NCBI GenBank assembly: GCA_965242865.1
Contig: CBDETK010000013.1
Span: 2,368,001 to 2,432,000, forward strand
Direction: 5' to 3'
DNA from: Candidatus Latescibacterota bacterium
GTDB lineage: Bacteria > Latescibacterota > UBA2968 > UBA8231
Length of the DNA: 64,000 bases
Positions 39,441 through 50,900 of this stretch are shown here, in pieces; position 1 is the stretch's first letter, and every line of letters begins with the position of its first letter. Position numbers and translations under genes: made by a program. The notes under the pieces were generated by a model. The model was not told where the DNA came from, made no database searches, and worked only from the letters and a program-made list of their open reading frames with translations.

Positions 39441-40537
39441 CAGCGGTCGCAGCGGTACTCGGCGATTGCGTCCTCGTCGAGACTGACGCCGAGGCCTGGG
39501 CCAGCGGGCGGGAGGATGTACCCGTCGGCGATGGGCAGGTTTTCGCGGATGACGTCTCCGCGGTGATAGACGCAGCCGTTCACGTCGCTGGCGTAGCCCA
39601 AGTTGGGCATGGCAAAGGCGAGGTGGGCTTGGGCGGCCGTGCCGATCCCCAGCTCGGGCATACTGCCGATGATGCAGGGTACACGCGCCGCTTCGGCAAT
39701 GGCGAAGATGCGCGCGGCCGCACCCAAGCCGCCGGCCTCGGACACGTACACGTTAAAAACGTCAACGGCTTGGTGGCGGATGCAGTTGAGGGCGTCGGCC
39801 GGCGTCCAGACGCTCTCGTCGGCCATGATGGGCAGGGAGACGCGCTCGCGCACAAAGCGCAATCCCTCTAAGTCGTCGGCTGCCAAGGGCTGCTCGACCA
39901 ACTCCAAGCCGAAATCCGCGATGGCCTCGATGTGGCGCACGGCTTCCTTGGCCGAGGACCAGCCCATGTTGGCATCCACGCGCAGGACGACCTCGTCGCC
40001 GACGGCGCGGCGCACGGCTGCGAGCGCGGCTAGGTCGGCGCGAAGGTCTCGCCCGATCTTGACCTTGAGGGTTTTGTACCCTTCGGCCACTAGGCTCTGC
40101 GCTTGGGCGGCGATGGCCTCGGGGTCGCCCATGGACAGGGAATGACTCAGCAACACCCGGTCGCGGACTAGGCCGCCCAGCAGTTGATAGACGGGTACGC
40201 CGCAGGCTTTGCCGACCAAGTCGTAGAGGGCCATTTCAATGCCGGCCTTGGCTGGGAAGGAGCGGTGCAACGCTCGATTCATGCGGTCGGCGAGCTGGCG
40301 AATGCAGCGCGGGTCCAAGCCGCAAAGCACCTCGGCGAGCAGCCCGTTGATGGCCTCGCTTTCCCCGCGTCCGCGGCGGTCCCAGATGCTGGAGGCTTCG
40401 CCGAGGCCGGTGAGGCCGGCGTCGGTGTGGACCAAGACGATGGCGTTTTCAGAGGCTTGGTGCGTGCCGAGGCTGCTTTGGAACGGCTGCGGCCTTGGCA
40501 CGCGCACGGGTATGGCTTCGACGTGGGTAATTTTCAT
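39440..40537 (-). CDS. Muconate cycloisomerase/mandelate racemase family enolase
   Basis: KxK 'LKVKIG', 'RVDAN', 'EQP', 'ADES'. Confidence 0.9.
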   Translation of the reverse strand: MKITHVEAIPVRVPRPQPFQSSLGTHQASENAIVLVHTDAGLTGLGEASSIWDRRGRGESEAINGLLAEVLCGLDPRCIRQLADRMNRALHRSFPAKAGIEMALYDLVGKACGVPVYQLLGGLVRDRVLLSHSLSMGDPEAIAAQAQSLVAEGYKTLKVKIGRDLRADLAALAAVRRAVGDEVVLRVDANMGWSSAKEAVRHIEAIADFGLELVEQPLAADDLEGLRFVRERVSLPIMADESVWTPADALNCIRHQAVDVFNVYVSEAGGLGAAARIFAIAEAARVPCIIGSMPELGIGTAAQAHLAFAMPNLGYASDVNGCVYHRGDVIRENLPIADGYILPPAGPGLGVSLDEDAIAEYRCDR

Positions 40538-40541
40538 GGGA

Positions 40542-41105
40542 TCAGGCGAGGCGATAGATGCTGAGGGTGGTGTTGCCGTAAGCCCGTTGCTCGACGAGCG
40601 CGAGGCCACCCGTCCGCTCGGGCACGGCCGAGTCGATGGGGTGCTGCACGAACAGCAGGCCCTCGTCGTTGAAGAGCGGGGATTCCCCAAGGGCTTCGAT
40701 TAGGCCCAGCAGCAGCGGGGTGCCGCAGTAGCGGGCGTGGTACGGGGGGTCGGCGTACACGATGTCGAAGCGGCGTCCGGCCGCTGCCAGTTGGGGAATG
40801 AGGTGTTGGGCCTTGAGCGAGTACAGGCCGGCGACGCCCGCTCTCCATTGGTAAAGCAGGGCGCGAATCTGCCGCCGCCGCCGGTGGTCGGGCTCGTTGA
40901 TCTCGACGCTCGCGCCCCGGCTGAGCGCTTCGAGCCCCATCTGGCCCGAGCCAGCACACAAGTCGAGGAAGGTGCGGCCCTTTAAGTCCGGGCCGAGCAT
41001 GGAAAATACGGCTTCTTTGAGGCGCGTTGAGGTGAGGCGGATCTGGCGCAGGCGGTGCCCGGAGGGAATCTGCCGACCGCGATAGGTTCCAGTGACAATG
41101 CGCAC
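40542..41105 (-). CDS. rsmD: 16S rRNA m2G966 methyltransferase RsmD family
   Basis: 'MRIVTGTYRGR', 'FLDLCAGSG..LEALSRGA', 'ADPPY', 'YGNT'. Confidence 0.85.
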   Translation of the reverse strand: MRIVTGTYRGRQIPSGHRLRQIRLTSTRLKEAVFSMLGPDLKGRTFLDLCAGSGQMGLEALSRGASVEINEPDHRRRRQIRALLYQWRAGVAGLYSLKAQHLIPQLAAAGRRFDIVYADPPYHARYCGTPLLLGLIEALGESPLFNDEGLLFVQHPIDSAVPERTGGLALVEQRAYGNTTLSIYRLA

Positions 41106-41223
41106 GGCTAAGCCTTGGGTTGGAGTTGAGCGGGGGAAAAAGTATCGCGGTTGGGCATGGCAGCGTCAAGTTGTGGGTTGCGGGCGACGGGATAAGTTTG
41201 AAATTTGCAAAGAGGAGTTCGCA

Positions 41224-42372
41224 ATGGTCGCAGAACGATACGATGTCATCGTCGCTGGGGCGGGCGGCATGGGGAGTGCCGCGCTCTACCACTTGGCGCG
41301 GCGCGGCGTGCGCGTGTGCGCTGTAGAGCGGTTTGGCATAGCCCACGACCGAGGGTCTTCGCACGGGGACACCCGCATCATTCGCAAAGCCTATATGGAG
41401 CATCCCGACTATGTGCCCTTGTTGCACCGGGCCTACGCGCTGTGGGAGGAGCTAGCGGCCGAAGGGGCCGGGGAACTCTTGGCTCGCGTCGGGCTGCTAG
41501 TCGCGGGCGATCCCAACGCAACGGCCATGCAGGGACAGGCCGCTTGTTATCAGGCCCACGACCTGCCGCACGAATCGATCGACGCGGCAGCCCTTGCCAC
41601 CTGCTACCCCAGCTTGGCCTTGCCCGCGGAGTGGAGTGGCTTTTACGATCCCTTGGGCGGTTTTCTCCGGGTCGAGGAGGGCGTCCGCCGGCATGTCGCA
41701 TTGGCCCAAAAGCACGGCGCGCAGCTCTACGCCGGGGAGGCCATGCTGTCGTGGCGGAGCGACGGCCAAGAAGTGGTAGTAGAAACCGAGCGACGGTGCT
41801 TGCACGCCGCGCGGTTGGTGCTCGCGACCGGGGCTTGGGCGGTGCCGGAACTGCGCCGGCTGGGCGTGGCGGCGCAGGTCGTCCGCAAGGTGCAGTTGTG
41901 GTATCAAGGACGCGGCTTGGCGCAGTACGCCCGCGGCGCGTTCCCCTGCTTCTTCTTTGCCGATGGCGAACAGTACTTCTATGGCTTTCCCGCTGAGCCG
42001 CCGTGGGGCCTAAAGGTGGCCGAGCACAACGTGTCGCACGACCCGGTAGCCGACCCGCTCCGCCTCAATCGCACCTTGACCGCCGACGATCAGCCCGCCG
42101 TCCTCAACGTTCTCGCACGGTTTTTCCCCGCACTGCAACCCAAGCTGAGCAGGTACGCAGCCTGCATGTATTCGCTGACGCCGGACAAGCACTTCGTCTT
42201 GGACATCCACCCCGAATGCCCGGCCGTGGTGCTCGGCGCGGGTTTTTCCGGCCACGGCTTTAAGTTCGCGCCGGTGGTGGGCGAAATTTTGGCTGAATTG
42301 GCGTTGGCAGGCGCTACCAACCATCCCATCGAATTCCTGCGTCTTTCCCGCTTTGCACAAAGGAGGTCGTAA
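41224..42372 (+). CDS. solA: N-methyl-L-tryptophan oxidase/monomeric sarcosine oxidase family
   Basis: GAGGMG; 'GSSHGDTRIIR'; 'CMYSLTPD'; 'GHGFKF'. Confidence 0.85.
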   Translation: MVAERYDVIVAGAGGMGSAALYHLARRGVRVCAVERFGIAHDRGSSHGDTRIIRKAYMEHPDYVPLLHRAYALWEELAAEGAGELLARVGLLVAGDPNATAMQGQAACYQAHDLPHESIDAAALATCYPSLALPAEWSGFYDPLGGFLRVEEGVRRHVALAQKHGAQLYAGEAMLSWRSDGQEVVVETERRCLHAARLVLATGAWAVPELRRLGVAAQVVRKVQLWYQGRGLAQYARGAFPCFFFADGEQYFYGFPAEPPWGLKVAEHNVSHDPVADPLRLNRTLTADDQPAVLNVLARFFPALQPKLSRYAACMYSLTPDKHFVLDIHPECPAVVLGAGFSGHGFKFAPVVGEILAELALAGATNHPIEFLRLSRFAQRRS

Positions 42373-43149
42373 ATGGATTTAGGACTGAAAGACAACGTTG
42401 CGCTGATAACCGGAGGGAGTCGGGGGATTGGCCGGGCGATTGCGTTGGCGCTGGCCGCCGAGGGGTGCAAGGTGGCGATTTGCGCCCGCGACCAAGCGCC
42501 GCTCAAACGCGCATTGCAGCAGGTGCGGGCCACAGGGGCCGAAGCCATCGCCGAGGTCGCCGATGTGCGCTCGCGGTCGGAGGTGGAGGCCGTTGTTGCG
42601 CGTTGCGTGGCCGAGTGGGGCGGCGTGGACATTTTGGTCAACAATGTAGGCGGAGCGGCCGGCGGCCAGAGCCTGCTCGAAACCGCTGACGAGGACTGGG
42701 CGGAGACCTTTGACCTAAACGCGCTCCACGCCGTGCGCACGACGCGGGCGGTGCTGCCTTACATGCGGCAGCGCGGCCGAGGCGCGGTGGTGATCGTCTC
42801 GTCGATCTCGGGCTGGAAGCCCGGCCCCAAGGCCCAGTATGGCAGCGCGAAGGCCGCGGAGATTTTTCTCGCTGGTGCGCTGGCACTGGAACTGGCCGAA
42901 TGCGGGGTGCGGGTCAATGCGGTCGCGCCGGGGTCGATATTTTTCCCCGGCGGTGGGTGGGCGCGGTTTCAGGAGGAGCAACCCGACCGCTTTGCCCAGT
43001 TTGTGGACCGGGAGCTGCCCGCCGGGCGCTTGGGGACGCCCGAAGAGGTGGCAGACGTAGTGGCGTTTTTGGTGTCCGAGCGCGCCAATTGGATCAATGG
43101 AGCGATGATTTCCGTGGATGGGGCGCAGGGCCGGCCGACGGCTTTTTGA
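42373..43149 (+). CDS. SDR family oxidoreductase
   Basis: TGGSRGIG; NNVG; YGSAK. Confidence 0.92.
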   Translation: MDLGLKDNVALITGGSRGIGRAIALALAAEGCKVAICARDQAPLKRALQQVRATGAEAIAEVADVRSRSEVEAVVARCVAEWGGVDILVNNVGGAAGGQSLLETADEDWAETFDLNALHAVRTTRAVLPYMRQRGRGAVVIVSSISGWKPGPKAQYGSAKAAEIFLAGALALELAECGVRVNAVAPGSIFFPGGGWARFQEEQPDRFAQFVDRELPAGRLGTPEEVADVVAFLVSERANWINGAMISVDGAQGRPTAF

Positions 43150-43170
43150 CGAGCGGGTGCGCGGGCGCAA

Positions 43171-43745
43171 TCAACGCAGCAGGGTCCTCAACCGATTCAG
43201 CAGTGCTTCGGCGTGCGGACAGGCGTCTTCGACGAGGGCGGGGTCAACCCGCGCCAGCAACTCAAAAGAGACTTTGCCCTTGGCATAGCGCGTAGCGCAA
43301 TTGGCGGTGGCGCGTTTGAGCGCGTCGAGGACCGTCGCCTTGGGGACAGCTTCTAACGGTCGCCATTGCTTGAGCGCGTTCTCCCTAAACTCCGCGCCGA
43401 AATAACGCTTCAATAAATCGCGATCCGCCAAAAGCCAAGTCTCCATGACCTGCACCATCAGAAAGCCTTGGTCTGCGTCAGCGTTTGGCGGACAGTTCCA
43501 GCCATCGCGTGTTTGCAAGTGCTGCCAGACCGAGTACTCCGCCGCAACGGAACTCTCGCTGTCCACTAGGAGAAGCGGTACGCGTTTTGGGTCGGGGCCT
43601 TAATCGCCCTTGCAAAGAGATCAAAAGTTCGCTTGCGTCCGCCTCCACGCACGACTCGCGGCTTAGTCGCCCACGAGCGTCGGAAAAGGCTTTCGAGTTG
43701 CTGGTTTCCGTCTCCACCGCCTTCGATATAGATGACGGCTCTCAC
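43171..43745 (-). pseudogene. DUF4276-like protein, frameshifted near 43585
   Basis: GTG overlapping the ATPase stop gives MRAVIYIEGGGD..PRVVRGGGR; continues in another frame as VPLLLVDSE..MVQVMETWLLAD..YAKG. Confidence 0.7.
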
Positions 43746-44938
43746 CAGCGATTACCGCCGAGCTCTCCCGAACTCCAGAGATCGCCGAGGCTGTACTCGT
43801 GCAACCAAGTTTTCAATCTCGCGCTGTCCAACCGCTCGAACCGCGACTCACCGTTCTCCTGCTCGCACACTACGACGCTCGACGGATGGTCCGACAGCGC
43901 GTCAACCAACATGTGCGAGTGGGTAGTGACCACAATCTGCATGCGCTGAGCGGCATCGACGAGCAATTCCGCAACCTGAGCGACGACATCGGGATGAAGG
44001 CCCAACTCCGGATCCTCAATGGCGACCAAGGAAGGCGGCTCGGGATGCAGTAGAACGGCCAGCAGGCACAGGTAGCGCAGGGTGCCGTCGGACAGGCGGC
44101 TCGCCGGGATCTGACGTCCGCCCCGTTTCTCCAAGAAAAGCGACACCGTCCCACCCGTCACCGGGCAATTGACGTCCACGATGCCGTCAAAGAGTTCCTG
44201 CAACGCCGAGACAAATTTCTGCTTGTGCTCTCTCCGGAAGTGCGACAGCACGAGGGCCAAATTCGTCCCGCCTTCGCTCAGGAAATCGGAGCGGTCATGC
44301 GTACTCTGGTTCTGGCGCAACTCTGCCGCAGGACCGAATGACCAATTTCGATACAGGCAAATGCGCTCGTATTGATTCTGTAGGCCGTGCAGCGCGGGAT
44401 ACGTTTGTGCGTCGCGGACCTGAGACAGAACCGATTCCTCCGGCTTTTCTCTCTCGAGGTTAGTGAGGCCAAGCAGTTCTCCTTCATCGGAAGAAAAAGG
44501 GCGAATCCTTCTCCCTCTTATTCTTCGAGGCTCAGTCTGGCTATCGAACTTGTGAAGTCCATGATAAAGGCGATAGGAGAACTTGGTCCCCGCGCATTCA
44601 ATGCGCTCGTCAGTGACTTCAAAATGTCCACCGTGGTCGGTAAATTCCAGCACGTGTCGTAAGGGACTATCCTTCTTGGGATCGTCAACGGTGACTTCTA
44701 TCGTTGCCTTGTGAGGCGACTCGTCGCCCTTCCAGAACCATTCCCAGATTCCACCACTTCGCTTGATCAGTCTCGCCAGTTCACGCGGCGCAGCCCTCAG
44801 CAAGGCCAGCACTTCGAGCAGGTTGGATTTTCCCGCACCGTTCGGGCCGATCAGGACGTTCAGCGGTTCCATCGGCAGGTCGATCCCCTGCGGCCCGAAG
44901 GACAACAGTCCTGAGACTTTCAGTCTATGTATCATCAA
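43742..44938 (-). CDS. AAA_21-type ATPase
   Basis: GPNGAGKSN; LSDGT; IEDPELGLHP; TTHS. Confidence 0.9.
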   Translation of the reverse strand: MMIHRLKVSGLLSFGPQGIDLPMEPLNVLIGPNGAGKSNLLEVLALLRAAPRELARLIKRSGGIWEWFWKGDESPHKATIEVTVDDPKKDSPLRHVLEFTDHGGHFEVTDERIECAGTKFSYRLYHGLHKFDSQTEPRRIRGRRIRPFSSDEGELLGLTNLEREKPEESVLSQVRDAQTYPALHGLQNQYERICLYRNWSFGPAAELRQNQSTHDRSDFLSEGGTNLALVLSHFRREHKQKFVSALQELFDGIVDVNCPVTGGTVSLFLEKRGGRQIPASRLSDGTLRYLCLLAVLLHPEPPSLVAIEDPELGLHPDVVAQVAELLVDAAQRMQIVVTTHSHMLVDALSDHPSSVVVCEQENGESRFERLDSARLKTWLHEYSLGDLWSSGELGGNRW

Positions 44939-44984
44939 GCGAAGCTACCTAACGCCATAACGAGGCATAATGCGCCCTTGCTTG

Positions 44985-47900
44985 TCATCGGATCAGGGCC
45001 ATTTTGCCCACGACGATGTGCGGTCCCGCTACCAGCCGATACAGGTACACGCCGGACGTTACGGGGTGTCCGTGTTGGTCTCGTCCGTCCCAGTAGAAGG
45101 TATGATAGCCCGCTTCCAACGCGGTGTCCACCAAGGTATGCACGACTTGCCCGGCGACATTGTATAGGGTCAGCCGGACGGGGCCGCTGGCGGGTAGCTG
45201 GACGTGTAGGGTCGTGGTCGGATTAAATGGGTTGGGGGCCGCTCGGGCGGCTAGGGCTGCGTCGGGCAAAGCGACCTTGGCCGCGGGGGCTTCTTCGGTC
45301 TGATCGCCTTCGCCTGCCGCAGTCTGCTCGTCCTCGGCGGGTGCTTCCGCAGTCTGTTCGTCTTCGCCTTCGGTCTGCTCGCCCTCGCCTTGGCCCGCCG
45401 CGGTCTGATCTTCTTCGTCGGACTCGTCTTCGTCGGGTACTTCCGCGGTCTCGGTCTCAGGTTCCTCGTCCTCGGTTTCCTCGGCGGGCTCGTCCTCGTC
45501 CTCGTCCTGTGCGGTGCCCGACGCGGCAACGACCGTTGACGAAAGGCGACTCGCTGTCTGCGCGCCAAAAGCGTCTGTATAGGACGCACGCGCCCTAAGC
45601 TTCTTCCCGACCATAGAGCTACCGACCGGCCAAGTGTACGACAGCGACCCGTTGGCCCCTTCAACCTCCGATTCCAAAACAAGCTCTTCGTCGGCAGTGC
45701 CCGACGCGGTAGTAATGGACAACCTCCACCGCAGCCCCGTAATCGGCGTGTCCGGGTCTGAAAGCGTCGCCGTCAGCCTCGAACCCGCCCGCGGCGGATC
45801 GGGCGATAAGGACACACTCCCATCGGTGTTTGTCCGCGGCGCGGCGGTCACCGTTGATGAATATGAACTGGAGGCGGTCTGTGCGCCGAAGGCGTCCGTA
45901 TAGGAAACACGGGCTTGGAGTTGCTTGCCGACCCACGAACTGCTCACCGTCCACGTTTTCGCTGGCAACCCGTTGGCGCCCTCCACGGCTTGCTCCTCCA
46001 CCCAATCGGATTGCCCTTCTGCTCCCGAAGGGGTCCGAGAATGCAAACTCCAACTCACCCCCGTAATCGGCGTGTCTGGGTCTGAAAGCGTCGCCGTGAT
46101 GGAACTACCTGCCTGTGGCGTCGTTGGCGACAGGGACACGCGGCCGGAGGTGTTGGGTTTGACGGGCGTGGCCGAAGCGGACACCGCCGCGCTGGTGCCC
46201 TGTCCGGTGACCGCATGCACCTCGAAGGAGTAGGCCGTGCCGTTGGTCAAGCTCGTCACCGTCTTGCTCGTGGCTGTGCCGGTGCTGGACCAAGAAGACC
46301 AACTGCCGCTGGACGACTTGTAGCGATACTCATAGCGGGTGACAGACGCGCAGTTGCTGCCCGATGGCGCACTCCAAGAAAGCGACACCTGCCCATTGCC
46401 CGGCGACGCCGAAAGCGACGACAGACTACACACCACCGGCGGCGGGGCCGTGATCGGCAACGACTGGTCACTCTGCGCCCGCCGACCCGACCCGTACCCG
46501 TCCGTATAGGAGGCGTACACTCGGATACTATACCCAACCTTCGTACGCGAAATGGGGATCTTCCTCGTCGCCGTGGTGGCGGTGGTGCTGCCGGTGACGG
46601 CCTCGTCTGCGGTCTCCTCGGACGCGCCGGTCGCGCCAAAATAGGCCCAACTCCACGACACCCGACGAATAGACCCATCCGCGTCCGACAGCGTGGCGGT
46701 CATCTGCCCCCCTGCTTGGGGCGGATTCGGCGACAGACTGATGCGGCCGGGCGTGTCGGGTTGCACCGGCGTGGCCGACGCCGACACCGCACGGCTGGTG
46801 CGTGGCCCGGCCACGGCGCGGCCTTCAAAGGAGTAGGCCGTGCCGTTGGTCAAGCCCGTCACCGTCTGGCTGGTGGCCGTGCCCGCACTCGTCCAACTCG
46901 ACCAACTACCCCCGGACGCCTTATAGCGATAATCGTAGCCGGTGACTGTGGCGCAGCTACTGCCCGACGGCGCATTCCAAGAAAGCGACACCTGCTGGTT
47001 GCCCGGCGACGCCGTAAACGACGACGGGCTACATACCGGCGGCTGCGGCGTGGCCTCGGCTGACGCGGCGGTCCCGTCGCCGTAGCTATTGACCGCCCGC
47101 ACCGCAAAGGAATACGCCGTGCCATTGGTCAAGCTACTCACCGTCTGGCTGGTGGCCGTGCCCGCACTCGTCCAACTCGACCAACTGTCGCCAGCGGTCT
47201 TCTTGTAGCGGGATTCGTAGCGCGTCAGCACCGCGCCGCCCAGCTTCAACGGCGCATCCCAAGAAAGCACCACCTGCCCGTTGCCAGCGACCGCATCCAA
47301 GTTTCGCGGCGCACTCGGCGGGCCGACCACTGCCGCGGTCGTGTCGCTGCGCGCCTGTTGGCCACCATGGTCATCCGTATAGGACACCGTCGCCAGAATA
47401 CGCACCCCCAAAAGCACGGCCCGCACCTGCAACGTCGATGACAACGCCGCGCTGGGCGGAGGATCGGCCCCGTTGGCCCCCGACACTCCCGACGCGCTGT
47501 GATACGACCAACTGAAGCGGACATCGGTCGGGTTATCTGGATCGGTCAACGTCGCCGTCAGATCGTCGCCTACCTGCGGCGCGGTCGTCGATAACGACAC
47601 ACGGCCCTTCGTATCCGACGGAGCTTCCGGCGTGGCCGACGCCGACACCGCACGGCTGGTGCGTGCCCCGGCCACTGTACGCACTTCAAAGGAATAGGAC
47701 TGGCCGTTGGTCAAGCTCGGCACGGTCGCGGTCGTCGCCGTGCTGGGGCTGGACCAATCCGACCAACTGCCGCCAGCCGCCTTGTAGCGGTATGAGTAGC
47801 CGGTCACCGTGGCGCAAGTGCTCCCCGATGGCGCATTCCAACTCAGGGATACCTGCTCGTTGCCCGGCGACGCCGTAAACGACGACGGACTACACACCTC

Positions 47901-50900
47901 GGTCGGCGTCGCCGCCGCCGAGGCAACCGTGCCGTCGCCGTAGCCATTGACTGCCCGCACCGCAAAGGAGTACGGAGTGCCGTTGGTCAAGTCCGTCACC
48001 GTCGCGCTCGTCGCCGTGCCGGCACTCGTCCAGTTCTCCGGCCAGCTACCGCTGGTCTTCTTGTAGCGGTACTGGTAGCTGGTGATCGCCGAGCCGCCGA
48101 TTTTCAAGGGCACTTCCCAAGCAAGCGCCACCTGCCCATCGCCGGCCGTCGCCGTAAACGTCCGCGGCGCCCACGGCGGCCCCACCACCGCCGATGTCTT
48201 GGGGCTTTGCGCCTGCTGCCGACCATAATCATCCGTATAGGACACCCGCGCCCGGATCTGCAACCCCAAATGCACTGTGCTTACCCGCAACGGCTCCGAC
48301 TGCACTGCGCTGGGCGGCGGATCGGCTCCATTGGCCCCCGACACCCCCGCCGGCAGGAAAAACGCCCAAGTAAACCCCACATCGGTCGGGTTATCCGGGT
48401 CGGTCAACGTCGCGGTCAAGTCGTCGCCGACCCGCGGCGTGGTCGTCGAGAGTGCCACACGCCCTTTGGTGTCCACCGGCAACGTCACCGTATCCGTCCG
48501 CGTCGTCGCCGACCATCCCCCGCCGTTGCGTGCCCGCACTTCAAACCGATAAGACCCCCCATCCACCAGCGGATGCCGCACCGTAAACGACCGCGTCGTT
48601 GCCGCTGTGCCCATGGACAGCCATCCCCCCCCACGCGGTGATCGGCTCCAAAATCTGGCCCCGCTTATACTGCCACTCGGCGATGCTGGTGTGCGTCGGC
48701 CCGGTCCACCGAAGCGTCGCCTGTCGGATGCCCGGCGTGGCCGTCAAGCCCGTGGGCGCGCCCGGTGGCGGTTGCACCCCCGCCACCCCCGGCAGCGTAT
48801 CCGACCAGGCACTCACCGTCTCGCCTACTCGCGCCCGCACTCGGTAGCGATAGCGGCGGTCGGCATCCACCCCTGGATGCACATAGGGCTGTGCGCCGTG
48901 GGCCTGCTGCGTCGTCCACGCCGAAGGCCACGACCCGCCGTCATACGGCTTGCTCTGCCCCTCCACCTCATAGCCGGTCGCCGACGCCACCGCCGACCAA
49001 GCAACCTTCAGTGCCGGACCCGCCTGCACTGAAACCGAACCGCCCGTGGGCCGAGCCAACCACGGCGTGACCGTATTGCTCACCGCCGAAGGCCGCCCGC
49101 CGCCGGCCCCATTGACCGCCCGCACTTGAAACCGATAGGCTTGACCCGCCGTCAAGCCTTCTACCGGGGCCGACCACCCCGCCACGGCACTACCGCTGAC
49201 CGTCGCGTCCTGCCAGTCCCCGTCCGTATCGGCCCCCTCCGCCGTCACATCCCGATACCGCCACTTGATGATGCTGGCGTGATCCGGCCCCGTCCACCGC
49301 AGCGTCGCCTCGCTCGCCCCGGCCTCGGCGGTAAACCCCGTCGGCGGACCCACCCCGGGCTGAACCCCCGCCAAAGGCTCCGCTGCCGACCACCCACTCT
49401 CCAACTCACCTACTCGCGCCCGCACCTGATACCGATACAGGCTATCCGGCGACACCCCCCGGTGAACATACCGCCGCTGGCCGACGACCTCAGACGCCAA
49501 TGACGTCCACGTTGAAGGCCATGTGCCGCCATCAAAGGGTTTGCTCTGCCCTTGCACCGCGTAGCCCGTCGCTGCCGCCACCGCCGACCACTCCACCCGA
49601 ACCTGCGTCCACCCCGACCGAAACGACACCTCCGACGGCGCAACCGGCACACCGACCACCGCCCGACTTGGATCACTTGCGGACATCCGTTCCGTGTTGG
49701 GATCGTGCCCATCGCGGTAGCGCACCGTCGCCTGCAACTGCCAACCCACATCGCCCGACACCGGCGTGTAGCTCGATAGCTCAGGATACGCCGAGGCCGC
49801 ACCCGACACCGACGATGAAGCCCCCGACACCCCGGCCCCAATCGCTTCCCATGTTCCCGTTGTGCCCAACCGACGCTGCCACTGCCAAGACGCCCCGGTA
49901 ATCTGCCCATCCGGATCGGTCAACCCCGCCACCACCCTCCGACCCACTTCCGGCGGCAGCCCCCCGTCAGCACCACCTCCCCATCCTCATTCTGATTGAC
50001 GACCGACACCGACACCCGCAGGCTGTCCGACAGCACCGCGTCGGAGACCTTCACCCACACGTCGTAGCGCGCTTGGGCTTCATAATCGGCCGCATTCGCC
50101 AAATGGAGTTCCCGCGATGGCTCCGCCCCCGGCGACGCCGGCTCCTTCAATTCAAACGCACTCGCATCCGTGCCCGTTACGCTCCACGTCAGATCGTCGC
50201 CATCCGGGTCGCGGCCGATATAAGTGCCCAACAACCACGGGGCGAGGCTGTTTTCGGCTATGTCCACCGACGCCGGACCCGACACCGACGGGGCACGGTT
50301 GGAGGCCGGGCGCACCGGCGAAGTCAAAGCACTCGTCGCCGACGCTGCACCAAAAGAGTCTGTGTAGTCGGCTTGGAGGCGCAGGGACTGCCCTACGCGG
50401 CTGCTGGGGATGGTCAGAGTCCACGTCTGCGTCGCTTCTGACGCCGGCCCGGTTACACCGCCGCCGTCCGAGGCACCCTCATAGTGGGGCGTCCAATACA
50501 CCGGCTCTGCAATCCCATCTTCGTCCGACAACGTCGCCGTGAGGGATTCCTCCGCTCGCGGCGCGGTCGTCGAAAGGCTAACGACACCGGCATCGTTGGC
50601 ATCGGTAACCGACACGGTAACCGACACGGACACGTCGCCGATGGACACCGACACCGCGTAAGTGTTGTTCTTGCCAGCGTCGGCAGGCTGCTCAAAGTTG
50701 GGAGGAGGATCCTTGAACTCGAGGGGGCGCGATGTCCCCTCCTCTTTCAACCGAAAGAAGCGCGCATCCGTCCCCCCCAACTTCCACGACAACGCCGAAC
50801 CACACCCCGCACTCGCCGTGTACGTGCCTACCGCCCCAAGGGCGTTTTCCGCAAATGTCGGAGCCGTCGCCCCCGTCAGCGAGCAGACCGGTGCCCGCGG

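Noticed and set aside
48541-49947. Independent 468-aa gene (likewise 44985-48614)
   Set aside because: Fragments of one gene; collinear with the unbroken paralog, with shifts at homopolymers.
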